A DNA stretch of 35,878 bases from a virus. The stretch covers positions 1-35,878 of the IMG/VR virus record IMGVR_UViG_3300006840_000056, one strand, 5' to 3'. Made by a program: the position numbers and the translations under genes. The notes beneath the pieces are model-generated. The model did no database searches. It saw nothing but the letters and a program-made list of their open reading frames with translations, and had not been told where the DNA came from. Shown here one piece after another: positions 31,283 to 35,878 of this stretch (position 1 is the first letter of the stretch; each line of letters starts with the position of its first letter).

Positions 31283-32553
31283 ATAAACATAAAGTTGCTG
31301 TGTTGCAACGAATTTAATTTAATAAAAGCTACTGTCCTATATTCTGGTTCGTTAGATGAAGAAGAAGCCGATATGTTAGCACTTGATATTGTAGGTGATT
31401 GACTATTAGCAGATATAGAGTGTGTGGTTGCTGTTGTTGCCATTAAACCACCAGCATCACTATCTCTACCTGTTTGTCCTGCGTGTGTTACCGAGCCTGT
31501 ATGTGTATGTGCTAAACTACCACCGTGATTGTGTGACTGTGCTGTGTGGGTATGTGTGTTTGAACCACCAGTATCTCCTACATCTCCTGCTGTAGCAGTT
31601 GATTTTAAGTGTCTACTTCTCATATCAGTTGTTCCGTTTGTGCCATCACACAAAAGATAATTATTTGGAATGTTTGCCAAAGTTCCTAACCACATACCTA
31701 TCATTCCTTTTCTACAACTTGATGAGCCTGTATTTTGGTTTTGTATTGTTAATAGTTTTGTATATGCTGGTTCTATAGTACCCGATGCTGTAAATGACAG
31801 AGTACCCCCCAAACTAGTTGTGTTGGCGTTTGGTGATGCAGAGTGTGTGTGTGTTTTAAGTGGTAAGGTGTTTGGGTCTACTGCTCCCTGTTTTGTACCA
31901 CTATCACTTGATGCTGGAACTGTTACAGCAGAGTGTGTGTGTGTTTGTGTATGTGCGTGGGTTACTGTGTGTACGTTAGTTGTACTACCACCCGTACTAC
32001 CTGCATTTGCACCTGCGTTAGCACCTTTTAGGTATTTGTTAACCAGATTGGGTGTTGAGTTATTACCGTTACAAACATAATGTCCTGCTTTACTGTCCGT
32101 GCTGTCATATAAGTAAATTGCTTTATCAGGAAAGTATATTTGATTAGAAGTTGGTGTTATAAATATAACTGTGTGGTATGGCGGGTCGTTTGAAAATGAT
32201 TGCCAAGTTGGTGCTACTGATTGAACACTTGCACCTGTAACACCCCCAGAGGTAACGGAACTGTGGTTATGGTTATATATAATAGTATATTGGTCGCCAA
32301 ACTGTGAATTTACCCCGCCACCACTACCTGTGCCAATAGTTAAAGTATGTGTATGTGTGCCTATTGTATGTGTGTGTGAAGCTGTTGATGTATGTGTGTG
32401 TGTAGCATTACCACCTGTATCATTAGGATTAGTTGCATTAGCAGTACCTTTAGGATATTTACCATCAAGAGTAGTAACTCTTTCCCAACCAGATGGGATA
32501 GATGCGTTTGTTCCTGACCAAATGTAAATTACTCCTGCTGGAAAGTTAGCCAT
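31279..32553 (-). CDS. tail fibre protein with three tail-collar-like modules, each followed by His-Thr (HxH) arrays
   Basis: Module 1: GVIYIWSGTNASIPSGWERV...THTHTSTASHTHTIGTHTHTL. Module 2: AIYLYDS...GHYVCNGNNSTPNLVNKYLKG...VHTVTHAHTQTHTHS. Module 3: MIGMWLGTLANIPNNYLLCDGTNGTTDMRSRHLK...NTHTHTAQSHNHGGSLAHTHTGSVTH. Start at ATG 32553 (SD GGAAGGGA, TAATG overlap). Confidence 0.75.
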   Translation of the reverse strand: MANFPAGVIYIWSGTNASIPSGWERVTTLDGKYPKGTANATNPNDTGGNATHTHTSTASHTHTIGTHTHTLTIGTGSGGGVNSQFGDQYTIIYNHNHSSVTSGGVTGASVQSVAPTWQSFSNDPPYHTVIFITPTSNQIYFPDKAIYLYDSTDSKAGHYVCNGNNSTPNLVNKYLKGANAGANAGSTGGSTTNVHTVTHAHTQTHTHSAVTVPASSDSGTKQGAVDPNTLPLKTHTHSASPNANTTSLGGTLSFTASGTIEPAYTKLLTIQNQNTGSSSCRKGMIGMWLGTLANIPNNYLLCDGTNGTTDMRSRHLKSTATAGDVGDTGGSNTHTHTAQSHNHGGSLAHTHTGSVTHAGQTGRDSDAGGLMATTATTHSISANSQSPTISSANISASSSSNEPEYRTVAFIKLNSLQHSNFMFI

Positions 32554-32738
32554 TATTTCCCTTCCCGATACTCTACGACTTCTGCCAACAGCCAAAAGGG
32601 TTTATCAATTATCTTTTTAGCTCTTTCTAAAGCATTTTCGTAGGTGGTATCTATTAACCTAATTACTACCTTATCTTCCAAGTTACCTAACTGGTCTATC
32701 TTTTCGTACCCAACTATGTGGAATATTAAATAGGTCAC
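32553..32738 (-). CDS. hypothetical protein
   Basis: 61 aa with a GTG start in a GTGA overlap. Confidence 0.5.
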   Translation of the reverse strand: MTYLIFHIVGYEKIDQLGNLEDKVVIRLIDTTYENALERAKKIIDKPFWLLAEVVEYREGK

Positions 32739-33580
32739 GATAAAGTCATTCCCTGTCCAATTATGTAGCCCTCAAAACGCCCGTCTGACTTTATCTTAAA
32801 GCCAAACACATCTGCTTTACTTGCGGTTGTGGTTAATACTGGTGTAACGTTGTTATCCCAGTCAATATTAGCCCACCAAGTAACTGTCCTTGAACCGTTT
32901 CCGTCTTGGATTAGCTTAATAATGAATTCGTCACCTACTTGGTAATTCTCTAACGCCAAAGTTCTGTTACCACCTAATGTTACTTGTATTGCCCTGTCTT
33001 CCACATCAAATGTAACTGTAGCCCCGTCACTTGCTGTTGCATAAACACCGCTTTTCTTTATGTTTATTGCTCTAACTCGCATATCGGTTATGTTAGCGTT
33101 GGTTATTTCTGACACGCCCGAACCTACTGCAACATTAGCCAACCTTAAAAACGGATTACTTGCACCTATTGCTGTTGATATATCATTATCGCTTGGTGCT
33201 GTTGGTGATGCACTTGGAGTACCTGCTACCACACCTAATTTAGCCACGTTAGTAACTGTTGCGTTTGGTGATTCGGCAGTATCTATTAAAAGAACTACTG
33301 CGTCTATCCTACTGTTACCTGAAGCATTGGCAGATATGGTTGCGTTTTCTGTACTACTGTACATTCTAACTGGGAACACCTTTGAGCCGTCCGAGTTTTT
33401 AATAAAAGCATAGCCCAAATTAACCTTAACAGTCATATTTGGTGTACTCTGTGCTTCTACATAAAAATCACCACCAACAGCAATGCTTTTAACACCGCTT
33501 TGGTCTATTATGTGTGTCATCAGAAAATCCAGCATTTCTTCTGGGTGTTCTGTTCCACCTGTACGTGTTGTTTGTATCAT
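32735..33580 (-). CDS. putative tail fibre / receptor-binding protein
   Basis: 281 aa in the distal tail block. The pattern ...RIDAVVLLIDTA...VAGTPSASPTAP...LRLANVAVGSGVSEITNANITDMR is common in Firmicutes-phage fibre proteins. Weak call. Confidence 0.45.
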   Translation of the reverse strand: MIQTTRTGGTEHPEEMLDFLMTHIIDQSGVKSIAVGGDFYVEAQSTPNMTVKVNLGYAFIKNSDGSKVFPVRMYSSTENATISANASGNSRIDAVVLLIDTAESPNATVTNVAKLGVVAGTPSASPTAPSDNDISTAIGASNPFLRLANVAVGSGVSEITNANITDMRVRAINIKKSGVYATASDGATVTFDVEDRAIQVTLGGNRTLALENYQVGDEFIIKLIQDGNGSRTVTWWANIDWDNNVTPVLTTTASKADVFGFKIKSDGRFEGYIIGQGMTLS

Positions 33581-33619
33581 ATTATTTTCCTTTCTTTAAT
33601 TATACCAATTAATTACTAT

Positions 33620-33847
33620 TTAATGAACAGCCACCCACGAACCATTAGCCCTTACCATTAACTTATCTGTGGTGGTATTGTAAAACAACTGCCCATCTTC
33701 ACCACTTGCTGGATTACTTGCACCAGTAGGCACACGAAAAGTTCCCTCGTCTGGTATGGTTAGGTTAACAATCAAACCCCTTGTTTGTAGGTTTTTTATG
33801 TCCTGTTCCATTTTCTTTATTTTTTCAATAATATTATAGTTTTCCAT
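33620..33847 (-). CDS. small tail-fibre-associated protein
   Basis: N-terminal coiled coil plus GQLFYNTTTDKLMVRANGSWVAV, a motif frequent at fibre N-termini. Confidence 0.45.
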   Translation of the reverse strand: MENYNIIEKIKKMEQDIKNLQTRGLIVNLTIPDEGTFRVPTGASNPASGEDGQLFYNTTTDKLMVRANGSWVAVH

Positions 33848-34884
33848 TAGTATTCCCTAAATGTTATACCTACCTCACCTGTTTCGTTACAGGTACGTCT
33901 ATTGACCCTGTAACTGCTGTTTATATCGTAAGACGGTATAACAACATTTAACCAATCACCTACAGCGTAATTATTAAAAATAGGTTCATCGTACCTGCAA
34001 GTTAAATAAATAGTTAAACGTGGTGCTTGGTATATTTCTAAATGCTTATCGCCCTTATCTTCTAAAGTTGTCTGTACGCTGACATCTGATTCATTTAATA
34101 CATCTTGCAGTAAAAAGAACGCTTCCTTATATGTATTACTTGCGTCACGCGTGACAACTAACTGATTATCCTCATCAACCCCACTACCTATTACGATAAC
34201 CTGATTAACCATACCATCAATAAATGTTTTACTTATTTGATATGTGTTAATGTTAAAGTCTTCTTCTAAATAAATGTTCCTTGTAGTGCCTTTGGGGTAG
34301 TAAATATTGAACTTTTTATCAGCGTCAACATCAAAATCATATCCGTCTTTAACTTCATTTGCCGACATTTTTTTAATGACTTCTGCTATGTTTTTATATC
34401 TTAAATCAGTCCTGTCCCTGTTTTTAGTGGTTGGGTCTGCACCCCTTGTAATACCCAAATCACCATACGCCCCATTAGTTTGGGTATAATTAATTAAACC
34501 CCAAGCTATATCAGAGCTATCGGTTGCTGTATAAGAAAGACTATCATCAGTATATCGTTTTTCCAATAAGCTAAAAAAACCTTTGCTTTGTACTGATATT
34601 GTACCTAATTGCCCAACACCAGAATTGAATTGTAGCTCTGAAATATACCCCGCATATATTTTATTGTCTTCCTCATCGTATATTTCTATTTCCCTGTAAC
34701 TTGCACTAAAAATGTATTCAATGGTAATATCGTGTGCGTCTGCAATAGGTTTAATGGCTGTACTTTCAAACGTAATACTTAACGATTCACCTTTGTTAAG
34801 TTCCTGCTCAATATTAAAACCAACAAAAGGTAGTTCCCATATAAGCGAATCGTCGCTATTTTTTACTACACATCTAAATGTCAT
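33847..34884 (-). CDS. tail-associated protein (Tal / prophage-tail N-terminal-domain-like)
   Basis: 345 aa immediately after Dit in the TMP-Dit-Tal order, with ATGA overlaps. Confidence 0.6.
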   Translation of the reverse strand: MTFRCVVKNSDDSLIWELPFVGFNIEQELNKGESLSITFESTAIKPIADAHDITIEYIFSASYREIEIYDEEDNKIYAGYISELQFNSGVGQLGTISVQSKGFFSLLEKRYTDDSLSYTATDSSDIAWGLINYTQTNGAYGDLGITRGADPTTKNRDRTDLRYKNIAEVIKKMSANEVKDGYDFDVDADKKFNIYYPKGTTRNIYLEEDFNINTYQISKTFIDGMVNQVIVIGSGVDEDNQLVVTRDASNTYKEAFFLLQDVLNESDVSVQTTLEDKGDKHLEIYQAPRLTIYLTCRYDEPIFNNYAVGDWLNVVIPSYDINSSYRVNRRTCNETGEVGITFREY

Positions 34885-35714
34885 AAACCTAAATAACTAT
34901 CCCTGTAGGTTATTAGCACCAAAGCATTATAACCGTACGTAGTAGCAGTTAACTTAATACCATTACTCCCAGCGTCCAAAGACAACCAATCCCCACTAAA
35001 ATATTGTCTTAAATTGGTAGTTCCGTTTAATATAATTGTCCTATTAAAAGTGTCTATTACAACCTGCGATGCGTCTGCTATTTCGTAGTCAAGTGAAAAC
35101 GTGTCGCCGTTCGTTTCGTTTGTTAAAGTAGCATCTTCTAACTGTCCGTATAATGTAATTATTGGGTACGATTTGGTGTTGCCGTCATTAACTACGTTGG
35201 CAACAACATCACCACCGCAAGACATATCCAAAGGTAACTCAAAAGGCAAACCCCAACCACCGCCCGACCATAAAGATATTAACGAACTTTTTTGGTCTTT
35301 GCTATTAAAAAATGGGTATGGTGCGGTTAGTTCTAACCTTACCGAACTAAATATCATTTGCCCTTTGGTGTAAGGCAAATCAAAATCACCTGTAACAATA
35401 GCGTCACATATAACCTCAATACCTGAACGTGTGGTAATGTAAATCCTTTGTAAGCCCCGTGTAATATCACAAGCCAATTCTAATGCTCGTCTTTTTGTTT
35501 CGTAGTCGGTTGTGTTTTTACCTATTATTTCCAACTCAATACCCATAACACGTCTGCCGTATAATTTAACGCCTAAATCAGCCCCGTGTGTGCTTCCTCG
35601 TTCTTTTATATCTACTTTTAGTGACGGGAAGCCGAACCCAGTTAAGTTACCGAATATGTAACCTGATTCTAAAGTTCCCATTGTTAAATTGTATATTTGT
35701 ATTGTTTTTATCAT
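34881..35714 (-). CDS. distal tail protein (Dit, siphovirus tail component)
   Basis: 277 aa. Its start overlaps the tape measure stop (ATGA). The position is conserved in siphoviruses. Confidence 0.7.
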   Translation of the reverse strand: MIKTIQIYNLTMGTLESGYIFGNLTGFGFPSLKVDIKERGSTHGADLGVKLYGRRVMGIELEIIGKNTTDYETKRRALELACDITRGLQRIYITTRSGIEVICDAIVTGDFDLPYTKGQMIFSSVRLELTAPYPFFNSKDQKSSLISLWSGGGWGLPFELPLDMSCGGDVVANVVNDGNTKSYPIITLYGQLEDATLTNETNGDTFSLDYEIADASQVVIDTFNRTIILNGTTNLRQYFSGDWLSLDAGSNGIKLTATTYGYNALVLITYRDSYLGL

Positions 35715-35878
35715 AGTGATGTCCTATATTTGTATGCCAACCTTTCTACTATGGTATCAATGTCAAGTCCGTCAGATGGATATACATTTATATTTTGTAC
35801 TACTGATTTATTATTTATATTATCAGGCAAGCTGTTGTTAGGTATTATTCTTCCGCTTTGGCTTGGTACAAATAGTTC
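35711..35878 (-). CDS. tail tape measure protein, C-terminal end (35746..35878 duplicates 1..133; unique tail ...DTIVERLAYKYRTSL, stop TGA 35711..35713)
   Basis: The frame continues from position 1 through the repeat into 35745..35711. The stop overlaps the ATG of the next gene (ATGA). The circular-genome product is 574 aa. Confidence 0.85.
   Translation of the reverse strand, partial: ELFVPSQSGRIIPNNSLPDNINNKSVVQNINVYPSDGLDIDTIVERLAYKYRTSL
35746..35878. repeat. terminal direct repeat, copy 2 (identical to 1..133)
   Basis: Same 133-nt string as the window start. The repeat lies inside the tape measure coding frame, which reads through the junction in phase. Confidence 0.95.

Overview
The window is a complete siphovirus-type dsDNA phage genome of about 35.7 kb. 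Positions 1..133 are identical to 35746..35878, so the contig closes into a 35,745-bp circle, and the junction falls inside the tape measure gene. Every convincing gene is on the minus strand. Many starts carry an extended SD of the form GAAAGG(T/C)GGTGA, and many use ATGA, GTGA or TAATG stop-start overlaps.

Gene order read along the minus strand:
- Early region (29272 to 20322): an SbcD/Mre11-like metallophosphoesterase, very small ORFs, a LAGLIDADG homing endonuclease, an HTH protein, a PD-(D/E)xK exonuclease, a pentapeptide-repeat protein and an SSB-like protein.
- Sugar and recombination cluster (20207 to 17835): gmd, a NinG-like gene, a SAM methyltransferase and a secreted CAP-domain protein.
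- Head module: terS, terL, portal, SPP1 gp7-like head protein, scaffold and major capsid protein.
- An unusual 7.3-kb island (12183 to 4859): a 994-aa three-domain glycosyltransferase, small unknown proteins, a beta-helix protein and a protein made of 30 tandem 14-residue repeats.
- Tail module: connector and tail-completion genes, a Com-like zinc ribbon, the tail tube, the G/GT chaperone with a GGGAAAA slippery site, then the tape measure gene across the junction.
- Tail tip and adsorption: Dit, Tal, and fibre proteins including a triple tail-collar protein with His-Thr arrays.
- Lysis cassette: XhlA-like protein, two holin-like proteins and a C39-like cysteine-peptidase endolysin.

By eye I saw no integrase, CI-type repressor, DNA polymerase, primase/helicase, tRNA, rRNA or CRISPR array.

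The most interesting items are:
- the capsid-adjacent glycosylation/decoration island together with the unlinked gmd and methyltransferase genes;
- the roughly 1.1-kb gene-poor, structure-rich stretch at 27.1-28.25 kb, which holds tandem terminators, direct repeats and a relatively G/C-rich structured segment beside the LAGLIDADG gene;
- a stem-loop present in two copies with a compensatory base-pair change;
- a 28-aa arginine-rich peptide ORF;
- a compact plus-strand sRNA-like unit, the only plus-strand signal in the genome.

All functional calls come from motif recognition by eye. No searches or computations were run.
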